Below, piece by piece: positions 18,584 through 26,693 of a stretch of DNA of 53,171 nucleotides. Source of the stretch: a virus (lineage: Duplodnaviria; Caudoviricetes). The translations under genes were made by a program, and so were the position numbers. The stretch's first letter is position 1. Every line of letters starts with the position of its first letter. The notes beneath the pieces were generated by a model. That model was not told the DNA's origin. It saw only the letters and a program-made list of their open reading frames with translations, and made no database searches. The stretch covers positions 1-53,171 of IMG/VR virus record IMGVR_UViG_3300032308_000975. One strand, 5' to 3'.

Positions 18584-19456
18584 ATGTCAGATCAAACCAT
18601 ACCGCAGCCTACGAAAAAGCCAATGAATAACCCTTTGGCTAATTATTTCCGGCAGCCAAAACTCTATATCAGATTGCCCAGCCACGGTGAATTTTATCCC
18701 GACGGCAGTTTAGATAAAAGCGAAATAGACGAATATGCCGTCTATGCTATGACTGCTAAGGATGAACTGATGTTTAAAACTCCAGACGCCTTAATGAACG
18801 GACAAGCTACCGTTGAAGTAATCAAGAGCTGTGTTCCGTCTATTAAAAATCCTTGGCAGATGCCCAGCATCGATCTAGATGCTGTGCTGATAGCTATTAG
18901 ATTAGCGACCTACGGAGAGAATCTAGATGTTAGCACATCGTGCCCTAGCTGCGGCCATATTAATGACTATATCTTAAATCTATTACAGTATCTTGATACA
19001 GTTACAAATTTCAAATACGAAGCTAGTATTAATGTAGGAGAATTAACTGTAAACATTCGTCCTTACAGTTATAAAGAACTTAATAAAACAGCACTCAAAA
19101 CTCTCGAACAACAGAAAATTTTCCAAATAGTCAATGACGATAACATGCCTGACGAAGAAAAAGTTGAAAAGTTCGGAGACAGTTTTGTTAAGCTAACTCA
19201 GCTCACTGTAGACACAGTTATCGGTTGTATCCGCAGTATAGACACACCTAACGGTAGTGTATCTGATAGCGAAATGATCAAAGAATTTATCGAAAATGCT
19301 CCCAGCGACGTGTTTACAAAAATCAGCGATCACGTTACTGATATGAAAGATCGTATGAGTCTAAAAGTTCAAAACGTTGAATGTGTAGAATGTCAGCATC
19401 AATGGACAGTTGATGTTTCCATGGACCAGACAAATTTTTTCGCCAAAGGGTCTTAA
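18584..19456 (+). CDS. gp26: Baseplate hub assembly chaperone (gp26-like)
   Basis: LPSHGEFY, MTAKDELMFK and DLDAVLIAIRLATYGE motifs, two CxxC pairs (CPSC, CVEC), and a C-terminal NFF. Confidence 0.75.
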   Translation: MSDQTIPQPTKKPMNNPLANYFRQPKLYIRLPSHGEFYPDGSLDKSEIDEYAVYAMTAKDELMFKTPDALMNGQATVEVIKSCVPSIKNPWQMPSIDLDAVLIAIRLATYGENLDVSTSCPSCGHINDYILNLLQYLDTVTNFKYEASINVGELTVNIRPYSYKELNKTALKTLEQQKIFQIVNDDNMPDEEKVEKFGDSFVKLTQLTVDTVIGCIRSIDTPNGSVSDSEMIKEFIENAPSDVFTKISDHVTDMKDRMSLKVQNVECVECQHQWTVDVSMDQTNFFAKGS

Positions 19457-19668
19457 CTCAGCCTCAGGAAGAGATCCTAGCATACGTACAACAAATTGAA
19501 AAAGAGGCAAACGAGATCAAACGTGATATACTAAAGATCTGTTGGTATATGCGTGGCATGAGTTATCAAGAAGCATTATCAATGAGCCACGATGAAAGAA
19601 AAATCGTCGGTGAAATAATTAAAGAAAATCTAGAAACTACCAAGAAAAGCGGACTGCCTTTCTTTTAA
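19435..19668 (+). CDS. gp51-like extension in the -1 frame, probably reached by programmed frameshift
   Basis: Not in the track. The open -1 frame reads FFRQRVLTQPQEEILAYVQQIEKEANEIKRDILKICWYMRGMSYQEALSMSHDERKIVGEIIKENLETTKKSGLPFF. It has no ATG/GTG/TTG before 19549, and a slippery T-TTT-TTC lies at 19435-19441. Confidence 0.7.
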   Translation, partial: FFRQRVLTQPQEEILAYVQQIEKEANEIKRDILKICWYMRGMSYQEALSMSHDERKIVGEIIKENLETTKKSGLPFF

Positions 19669-19787
19669 ACAGAAAATTTCTTCAAAGCTTCTAAAAAAAA
19701 TTTTAAAACCTGAGGACCTTGAGCAGCGATTTCATCCGCTAGTTTTTCTAGGTCTTCGCTTTCTTTTAATAGATCATTTAATTTCAT
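19665..19787 (-). CDS. 40-aa putative internal head peptide
   Basis: Not in the track: MKLNDLLKESEDLEKLADEIAAQGPQVLKFFLEALKKFSV. It has an ATGA overlap with the upstream stop, and its N-terminus resembles the upstream gene's MKLHEII. Confidence 0.6.
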   Translation of the reverse strand: MKLNDLLKESEDLEKLADEIAAQGPQVLKFFLEALKKFSV

Positions 19788-20986
19788 TGTCTTGCCTTTA
19801 GAAATTTAAACAACTGCTGTTTACCTGCAGAATCTAAATTATTAACACGATCGATTAACTCAACAGGCATAGTTCCTGTTTTATCAACAATCTTTGTTGG
19901 CGCTGCTGCAGAAGTTTCTGCATCGTTGGCTGCGCTGCCTGGACCACCAAATGGATTAGCTAATCCTCTTTGAAATCCTCTGTGCATTGCCTGCACTGTT
20001 TTAACATGGGAAGCTAGATCTTCCGATAAAGCATTTCCTGTTCTAATAACGCTTGAATTCTGTGGTCCCATTAAACGTTCGCGATCAGCGTCAATTTCTG
20101 CTTGTGTAGGTGCAGGTTCTTCTCTAGGAGCATTCTTTCCTATAAATCTACCTTTGGCATCTCTCTGTCTACCAGGTTTAGCATCAGTCGCCTGGGCTGT
20201 TGCAGTTGTAGTGGTAGCTGTTTGTGTTTGATCTTGACTAGCCGCTGGGGTTACAGCTGGTTGTTCTAGTTTAGCCTTAACTTCTGGGTCAGCCATCAGT
20301 GCTGCTATTAATTCTTTTTGCTGTTCCGGAGGTAGCTTGCTGATATTCTGTTGCATTTTTTGAAAAGCCGGATCGTTCGCCGCAGGTTTTTCCTGCTCTG
20401 GCTCTGGTTTCTCTTGTGTTTGAGCAGCTGGTTTTTCCTGTGCCTGTGTGGCTGTTGTAGTACTTGCCGAAGACTGTGTACCAGCAGCTGGTTTTTCATC
20501 GGCAGGTTGACCAGTCTGAGTATGTGCTGAACTGGTAGTCGATGTTGTAGCAGTACCTGCTGCAGGTTTTTCTTCAGGAGCATCTGGATCTTGTCCGGCA
20601 GCTGCCTGTGCTAAACGTCCAAATGCTGTATTTGATTTTGGTGGTGCGCTGGTCGCTGACGCTGCAGGAGTCCTAGACTGTGCCTGACCGCTGCCACCAG
20701 TAGAAGCTGTGGGTGTTGTGCTAGGTGTTGTTTGAGGTTGTCCCCCATCAGATGAAGCTGATGTTCCTCCGACAGAGACTTCTGGCTCATCGCCTGCGCC
20801 GGCCACTGTTTTTTTACCTGCTTGAAAACCTTTTTTAGCAGCAGCACCTAGTCCTGCTATTCCTCCTGCTACAGCACCAGCAGCCTTGGCCACACCACCT
20901 ACAATATTACCTACACCAGTGCCAATCTTGTTTAACAGTGGTCCTTCTTGTAGATCTTGTTCTTGTATGATTTCGTGTAATTTCAT
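19784..20986 (-). CDS. Low-complexity (A/T/Q/P/G-rich) putative internal head protein
   Basis: MKLHEIIQEQDLQE N-terminus, EKPAA repeats, and a TAATG overlap with the upstream gene. Confidence 0.7.
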   Translation of the reverse strand: MKLHEIIQEQDLQEGPLLNKIGTGVGNIVGGVAKAAGAVAGGIAGLGAAAKKGFQAGKKTVAGAGDEPEVSVGGTSASSDGGQPQTTPSTTPTASTGGSGQAQSRTPAASATSAPPKSNTAFGRLAQAAAGQDPDAPEEKPAAGTATTSTTSSAHTQTGQPADEKPAAGTQSSASTTTATQAQEKPAAQTQEKPEPEQEKPAANDPAFQKMQQNISKLPPEQQKELIAALMADPEVKAKLEQPAVTPAASQDQTQTATTTTATAQATDAKPGRQRDAKGRFIGKNAPREEPAPTQAEIDADRERLMGPQNSSVIRTGNALSEDLASHVKTVQAMHRGFQRGLANPFGGPGSAANDAETSAAAPTKIVDKTGTMPVELIDRVNNLDSAGKQQLFKFLKARQ

Positions 20987-22734
20987 TAGGCCACCTTCAA
21001 TTCATTTTTCATATAGTTAACTATCTGCACTTTAGTATCTACAGGCAGTTTCATTATTTGATCGGATAAAGTTTTGTAATCGATTTGATCAGCTGTGCCT
21101 TTGGCACCCGGTTCCGGTATCTGCATGCCTGAATATACTTTCTTAACTACTTCTGGGTTAACACCTGCCTGCTGCATGATATCTGCCACAGCGTTTGAAT
21201 CTGTAGGGGAACCTGCCTTCTTCCAAGCCTGCATTAATTTGTCAGCAGTGACCTGCTGTGTGATATTTTGAGCTTTGGTCTTTAACCAAGAACCTGCTTT
21301 CTGTAGCATGCCTGCTTCTAATACTAGATATCCTTCTAGTATTAGATCTCTATTAGTAGCTGCCACACGCTTCATGATCAAATAACACTGACCTTCTGTT
21401 AAACGATTTCCAAGATATTCACGACTCTGTGTCTGAGGTCTTTTTAAAGTTGGTCTAAGATTTAATTGCTGTGATGATGTGTCTGCAGCAGCGGCTGGTG
21501 TAGCCTGTTTGGCAAGATCATATGCTGCCTGTACTTCAGGGCTAGGTGTGTTGCCCATAGATTTGCTCATGTCCACTACAGCCATCTGCTGTGCGCTTAA
21601 TGGTTGACCAGGAACTACTGGTTCATTGGCTACCATAACTCCAGAAAACTGTTTTGATCCACCTTTGGCTGCTTCTGCGTCCCAGTCTATTCGACCTACT
21701 CTGCGATCCCCCTGGATGTTCATGTCTGGACCAACACCAGCTAGCGGATCGCTGGATCCTGAGCCGCTGCTGATGCCCGGAGTTGCCATTTTTCCTTGAC
21801 TGGTTAAGTCGGCAAATGTCTTAGCATCCATAGTCTTCAATGGAATATCACCAGTGAACACTTTATTGCCGTTGGCATCAAATACTTCGATAGAGTTGCC
21901 TCGAGAACCAAATGTATATCCCTGATCAGGGGGAAACTTGTTTAACAGCCTATCCTGCATAGCTTGATCTGCGGCTAGGCCGGCTTCTATGTCACCACCA
22001 CTTTGACCTGCAGCAGCTTTATTACTGCCACCACCGCTGCCTATACCACTGACAAAATCAGCAGCTAGTTTACCTACCACAGCACCAGCAGCACCTGCCA
22101 ATGCAGGTTTAATAGCACCTTTGAATGATTCTTTCCATGACTTGCCCTGTATCTTAGCCGCAGCCACAGCAACTCCTCCCGCTACTAAGGCACCGGCTAC
22201 GCCCGCCACTAGTGTACCAGGCAATCCCATAGTATTCAACATAGGTCCAACTTTCTGTACCAATCCACCTAACACACCACCTACTAGAGCCAAGACCACT
22301 GGCTGTACTGCGGGATTTTTGGCAGCATTGGCCACCATCTTCATTAATCCGCCTTTGGTCTCTGCATCCACAGGCAGTTTACTTACCGCTGCTCCGGCCT
22401 TGTTGGCAAACTGCGGATCGTTGGCAGCATTAGGATCTGGCGCAGGCAAGCTATCACTGAGCTTTTGTAGCATAGAATCGGGTATGATCTTTTCTACGAC
22501 CTTGCCTAACATAGTAGAATTAGTACCTGATGCTTGTGCTTCTTTGTGCGCTGCTTGGAAGATCTGTGTTATTTGTTGTTGTGTTAATTCAGCTTCTTCT
22601 AGATAATGCGACCAAGGTTTAAAGAATTGTTCATCAATCCTTTCCATAGTAGCTTTCATTTTATAGGAATTAATACAGTCTTCGTTGATGTAATTTACTA
22701 AACTGTATCTATCATCGATGTCTAAGAGGCGCAT
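20986..22734 (-). CDS. Putative internal head (ejected) protein with hydrophobic Gly-rich hairpin
   Basis: Start reassigned from 22869 to ATG 22734 (MRLLDID), because a terminator and a TAAATA promoter lie between the two ATGs. Confidence 0.7.
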   Translation of the reverse strand: MRLLDIDDRYSLVNYINEDCINSYKMKATMERIDEQFFKPWSHYLEEAELTQQQITQIFQAAHKEAQASGTNSTMLGKVVEKIIPDSMLQKLSDSLPAPDPNAANDPQFANKAGAAVSKLPVDAETKGGLMKMVANAAKNPAVQPVVLALVGGVLGGLVQKVGPMLNTMGLPGTLVAGVAGALVAGGVAVAAAKIQGKSWKESFKGAIKPALAGAAGAVVGKLAADFVSGIGSGGGSNKAAAGQSGGDIEAGLAADQAMQDRLLNKFPPDQGYTFGSRGNSIEVFDANGNKVFTGDIPLKTMDAKTFADLTSQGKMATPGISSGSGSSDPLAGVGPDMNIQGDRRVGRIDWDAEAAKGGSKQFSGVMVANEPVVPGQPLSAQQMAVVDMSKSMGNTPSPEVQAAYDLAKQATPAAAADTSSQQLNLRPTLKRPQTQSREYLGNRLTEGQCYLIMKRVAATNRDLILEGYLVLEAGMLQKAGSWLKTKAQNITQQVTADKLMQAWKKAGSPTDSNAVADIMQQAGVNPEVVKKVYSGMQIPEPGAKGTADQIDYKTLSDQIMKLPVDTKVQIVNYMKNELKVA

Positions 22735-22760
22735 TTGTGTTAATCCAAAGGTGTATTGTT

Positions 22761-22766
22761 TATTTA
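22761..22766 (-). promoter_or_regulatory. Late promoter core (TAAATA)
   Basis: AATAAATA directly after the terminator, 26 nt upstream of ATG 22734. Confidence 0.65.
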
Positions 22767-22770
22767 TTTT

Positions 22771-22792
22771 AAAAACGAGCTTACGCTCGTTT
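22771..22792 (-). terminator. Rho-independent terminator closing the GIY-YIG/ncRNA unit
   Basis: AACGAGC-GTAA-GCTCGTT followed by further T residues on the minus strand. Confidence 0.7.
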
Positions 22793-23234
22793 GCGTTATC
22801 GCTTACGCTCAACGCATTTTTTCTTTCTGGAAATGTTTTGTAAGATAACTGCGAAGCAGTTTTTAGCATTATCCAGATCGTTCAGTCATACTTAGCCCGT
22901 TGCCGGGCTAGATGTGAACATTATCCGAGTCGAACAAGTCATATAACAGTAGAGCATTACAGAGGCGGTCAGCCGGTACCTCGAGCTCCGTCTTAGATCT
23001 GACGGCGGACTAGATCTGCCTGTTATCGCAAACCGTAGTCGTGGGTTATTAACCCTCTTTTAGCCTTTAAAATCAATACTTTTTATTACAGTAAACCGGT
23101 TATAGGCGTATCCGATCGTCGTCCTGTCAAGGATAGTACTGTAGTTACCCTTCGCCAATTTAGGGGCCTTACCGTGCGACATCACCACGGATTTCGGGCA
23201 TCATTATATTCACCGATGCGGGTTTTTTTGGCGA
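22771..23234 (-). ncRNA. Candidate large structured ncRNA (about 460 nt) of unrecognised class
   Basis: The only long non-coding stretch in the window. It has at least ten stems by inspection, GNRA loops in the minus orientation and a 7-bp pseudoknot (see findings). Confidence 0.65.
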
Positions 23235-23669
23235 TTATTTGCCTTTTTGTTGTTCTAAAAGACGCTGCCTTAGTATGTTTGATCCGCCTACTCTGACGTT
23301 TATAATGCCATTATAATAGTCATCTGTTTCTAAAACCCTGCGTTCAAACTGCTCTCTTGCCTCTAAATATGACATTTCTGCCTTGCTTTTGCAGTAATAA
23401 AGTATTTCTCTGGTGAAGTTTTCTGGACCTAATGCTTGGACGTCTGCTTGTAGCCTATCGGAAGAACCCCAGTATTCGCGCCAATCGCTTTCTACTACAG
23501 ATCTTCTTTTAAGTTTTTTGCCTTTGAGTGGTGGTTTAGTACGTTTAAACTGTGCTAATTTTTTGCCTATGTACTTCTGTCCAGTTTTAAGATTCGTGAT
23601 GAGGTAAACAAAGCCAATGTAGCCTTCTGGTATTTCTTCTACGAGTTGATTTTGATACGTCCACAGCAC
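23235..23669 (-). CDS. Stand-alone GIY-YIG endonuclease-domain protein
   Basis: GFVYLITN...KYIGKK, YWGSS, FTREIL, the conserved Glu in YLEAREQ and Asn in YYNG. No C-terminal DNA-binding domain. Confidence 0.8.
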   Translation of the reverse strand: MLWTYQNQLVEEIPEGYIGFVYLITNLKTGQKYIGKKLAQFKRTKPPLKGKKLKRRSVVESDWREYWGSSDRLQADVQALGPENFTREILYYCKSKAEMSYLEAREQFERRVLETDDYYNGIINVRVGGSNILRQRLLEQQKGK

Positions 23670-23900
23670 TCATTTAGTTAGTTTTGGCGGACGTCCTACC
23701 ATGCCTTTTCTGGCTGCCTTGCGTTGCTCTCGCTTTTCCTGTATTTCTATTCGCCTAGTCGACGCTTCGTTGCGTATTTCTGAAAGCCAAAATCTTGCCT
23801 TGATGCCTGCTTCGTCAGAGCTTTTATACTCAAAACGATCTTGCCATTTGATGTATTCTTGTAATGCCTTGATTAATCGGTCGTGTGCTTCTGTTGCCAT
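23670..23900 (-). CDS. Small basic helical protein (weakly Hc1/histone-H1-like)
   Basis: EAGIKARFWLSEI motif and a basic tail RKGMVGRPPK; tightly coupled to gp46 and the GIY-YIG gene. Confidence 0.6.
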   Translation of the reverse strand: MATEAHDRLIKALQEYIKWQDRFEYKSSDEAGIKARFWLSEIRNEASTRRIEIQEKREQRKAARKGMVGRPPKLTK

Positions 23901-25678
23901 TAAGTTATTATTTCAATGTCGTTGCTGTAGCTGGTAAATCCGTTTTCTTTAATCACTTTTAATACGTGATTAACCCTGCTGGTAAGATCATCTCTGTGGC
24001 TGATCAAGAAAACATTTTTATCTCGCTCTCTAGTCATCTTCTTTAACACTGCTATAGAGCTTTCAACGCCACTGGCGTCCATGCCCGAATCTACTAGCTC
24101 GTCGATAAACAGTAAGTTGATAGGACGATATAGGTTTTCCCACACGTCACGGAATGCCCAACTCAGTGATAATATCAGTCTATTACGTTCTCCACGACTC
24201 AGGTTATCAAAATCCAAGTCTTGACCTAGCTGTGTGATGATCACACTGAGGTCATTTTGGAATTCTACAATGTGCGGAAGTCCGATCTTGTCCAGATAAT
24301 AGGTCAGCCGCTGATTTAAGAAAGCTAGATTCTGATCGATGATCTTCTTGCGTACAAAACTGTCTTTGGAAGTCAAGAGTTTGTATAAAAATTCCTGATG
24401 ATCTTTAACACGAGTTAGATCGTTGATGCTGTCCCAGTCTACGATCTGTAGAGCAGTGTTTTTAAGTTCTTCGATCTGCTCATCATAGGGATTAGTTTCT
24501 GCTTCTTTGGCAGTGAGATCTTTGTTTAGGCTGTCTAGTGTGTTTTTATGATTTAATGCTTCTTCTAGACTGTCATAGATCACTGTAGGACATTCTGTGA
24601 TTTCACCTAATAAGACCAGCGCCTGCTCTAAGCTGATGAATTCTTCTTGATAATCTTTGATAGTTGTTTGGCTTTCAGCGATCTGTTTCTCTTTGGCAGC
24701 AATCATAGTTTCATGTTTGGCATCATGTAGATCCTGTCCACAGCTGTGACACTTGTGATCCTTCAATGAAACGATTTCTTTTTCTAGTTTTTCTAAGACT
24801 TTCTGTTCCTTGTCCATGGCCGCGGTTTGTTTAGCGATCATGCTGGTCAGCGTATCTCGCTCTTTTTTATTCTTAGTCCATTCTACTAAAGCACGTTGAT
24901 TGACGATTTCACGTTCGATGTCTATGGTACTGAGCACTTCTATATGTTTCTTAAGGTCTTCTACAGACTTAGTTTTGGTTTCTTGCCATAGTTTCAGCTT
25001 TCTTTCCAGTGCTTCGATGCTCTGTTGTATGCGATCGTTGGAAGCCTTGACTGTTTCGATCCTAGTATTTTCGGTTTGTATAGCGTCTTTGGTGACTTTG
25101 ATCTGTTCTTTCAGCGTTTCTGCTTTTTCAGATAGCTGTGTGATGCCCAGCAGTTGTTCTATGATGCTGCGTTGATCCGCAGACTTCATGCTCAAGAACG
25201 GTTCTGTGTAAGTGTTCAAGGCTACGAGATGCTTAAACATCTCGTGACTCATCTGTATACAGTCCTCAATAGCCTTTTGTGTTTCTCTGCTGTCTCCTTG
25301 ACTTTCATCGAGATCAGTTAGCTCTTGCTCCTGCCCGTTTATAGAGAATTTCAGCAGATTAGGCTTTCGGCCACGTTCAATATGATATTCTATGCCGTCT
25401 TTTTCAAAGGTCACAGTGACCAACATGCCTTTGCCGTTGATCTTATTGATCAAATTATCACGTTTGATATTAGTCAATGCTTGGCCGTAGATAGAATAGC
25501 TAAGGCCGTTGATAATAGTAGTCTTACCGGTACCGTTACGAGCACCGCTGTCATCACCACCCAGATCTAGGTTTTCACCTAAAACCAGCGTGAGCTGACC
25601 TTTGTCAAAGTCTATGGCCTGGGTTTGATTACCTACGCTCATGAAATTACGTACAGTTAGGTTCTTGATTTTTATCAT
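23900..25678 (-). CDS. gp46: Recombination ATPase, SbcC/Rad50-like (gp46)
   Basis: Walker A RNGTGKTT, zinc hook CHSCG, signature LSRGE, Walker B LLFIDE and H-loop ISH. Confidence 0.95.
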   Translation of the reverse strand: MIKIKNLTVRNFMSVGNQTQAIDFDKGQLTLVLGENLDLGGDDSGARNGTGKTTIINGLSYSIYGQALTNIKRDNLINKINGKGMLVTVTFEKDGIEYHIERGRKPNLLKFSINGQEQELTDLDESQGDSRETQKAIEDCIQMSHEMFKHLVALNTYTEPFLSMKSADQRSIIEQLLGITQLSEKAETLKEQIKVTKDAIQTENTRIETVKASNDRIQQSIEALERKLKLWQETKTKSVEDLKKHIEVLSTIDIEREIVNQRALVEWTKNKKERDTLTSMIAKQTAAMDKEQKVLEKLEKEIVSLKDHKCHSCGQDLHDAKHETMIAAKEKQIAESQTTIKDYQEEFISLEQALVLLGEITECPTVIYDSLEEALNHKNTLDSLNKDLTAKEAETNPYDEQIEELKNTALQIVDWDSINDLTRVKDHQEFLYKLLTSKDSFVRKKIIDQNLAFLNQRLTYYLDKIGLPHIVEFQNDLSVIITQLGQDLDFDNLSRGERNRLILSLSWAFRDVWENLYRPINLLFIDELVDSGMDASGVESSIAVLKKMTRERDKNVFLISHRDDLTSRVNHVLKVIKENGFTSYSNDIEIIT

Positions 25679-26685
25679 AGGTCTTTGTAAATGTCCAACA
25701 ACAGCTTTTTGTCATAGGTTTCGGAATCTATAGCACCGATCTGATTCATAACGATAGTGTCTACGCTTTCAAAATGTATATCCACGGGCACCGCTGTAGA
25801 TTCTACTTCTACTTTTTCTGGGATCAACATCAGTTCTCTTAAATTGTACTGAGGAATGAATTGTTCTTTGATGAAGTTAGCCTCTTCGAAACTGATGGGC
25901 AGATCTATGGTCACACGGCAGTGCATCTTTTCACGCAAAAGAGCGTCTGGTGTGTCTATGATCTGGCTTAGTTTGTAAGTCCTGTACACAGGCTGTCCGG
26001 GCCAAGTGCGATATTCGGGCGTACCACCCCACTCTAGGATCATCATACCTCGATCATCATCACCTGCATCTGCATAGTTGTGAGGAAATGCGTTACCGAT
26101 ATAGGTAATGTTTCTGCTGGTCTGACGCTTATGGAAGTGTCCTGAGAACACGTACTCTTGATTTACGAAATGTGTGCTCTGTAACTGCCCATGATCGGGC
26201 ATCTGCACCATGGCATTCATGTAGAAATTCGGCAGTTCTAAGTGACCGAAAATATAACGACTTTTGATCTTAGGCACAGTCTGCCATTCGTCGCCCACTA
26301 ACCACGGCATGATAGTTACTTCACCGTCAGTAAAAGGATCTTTGATAGGAATTACATTAGGAAACAGACGCATGAATTCTACAGAATTAATTTCACGTTT
26401 GTCTTTATAGAATAGATCGTGGTTTCCCAAGATGAAATAAACCTGAGTAAAGTTTTGGCTTAATCTTTCTAGGTTGCTTAGAGTGTAATTCATAGTGCTG
26501 ACGTCAGTGGTACTGCGATTATGATGCCAATCACCTAGGAATATAGCAGTTTCACAGCCTTCTGCTCGAGCAGTTTCGCAGAACCAAATAACAAACTCTT
26601 CGCAGTCGATGTTGTGCGTTCTGCTACCAGATTTCAAACCAAAATGTATATCAGTGAAACATGCGGCTTTTTTGAATAGACTCAT
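25675..26685 (-). CDS. gp47: Recombination nuclease, SbcD/Mre11-like (gp47)
   Basis: Metallophosphoesterase motifs TDIHFG, LGDW, GNHD, GHLE and SGHFH. Confidence 0.95.
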   Translation of the reverse strand: MSLFKKAACFTDIHFGLKSGSRTHNIDCEEFVIWFCETARAEGCETAIFLGDWHHNRSTTDVSTMNYTLSNLERLSQNFTQVYFILGNHDLFYKDKREINSVEFMRLFPNVIPIKDPFTDGEVTIMPWLVGDEWQTVPKIKSRYIFGHLELPNFYMNAMVQMPDHGQLQSTHFVNQEYVFSGHFHKRQTSRNITYIGNAFPHNYADAGDDDRGMMILEWGGTPEYRTWPGQPVYRTYKLSQIIDTPDALLREKMHCRVTIDLPISFEEANFIKEQFIPQYNLRELMLIPEKVEVESTAVPVDIHFESVDTIVMNQIGAIDSETYDKKLLLDIYKDL

Positions 26686-26693
26686 ATTTGAAT

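Noticed and set aside
19693-19708. A8 homopolymer as a phase-variation or frameshift site
   Set aside because: It reads in frame in the 40-aa minus-strand ORF, and no alternative extended frame was evident.
22735-22869. 45-codon N-terminal extension of the 627-aa ORF given in the track
   Set aside because: It runs through hairpins, a terminator and a TAAATA promoter. ATG 22734 gives an N-terminus matching its operon neighbours.
22900-22945. tRNA, tmRNA or RNase P RNA, suggested by a GUUCGACUC T-loop-like motif
   Set aside because: No T-stem, cloverleaf or CCA end, and none of the RNase P conserved boxes were found.
23008-23040. Group I intron, suggested by GACUA...UAGUC resembling P7 next to an endonuclease gene
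   Set aside because: The two strands close a simple local hairpin with no room for P3/P8, no P/Q elements were recognised, and no interrupted gene flanks the region. An Infernal search would settle it.
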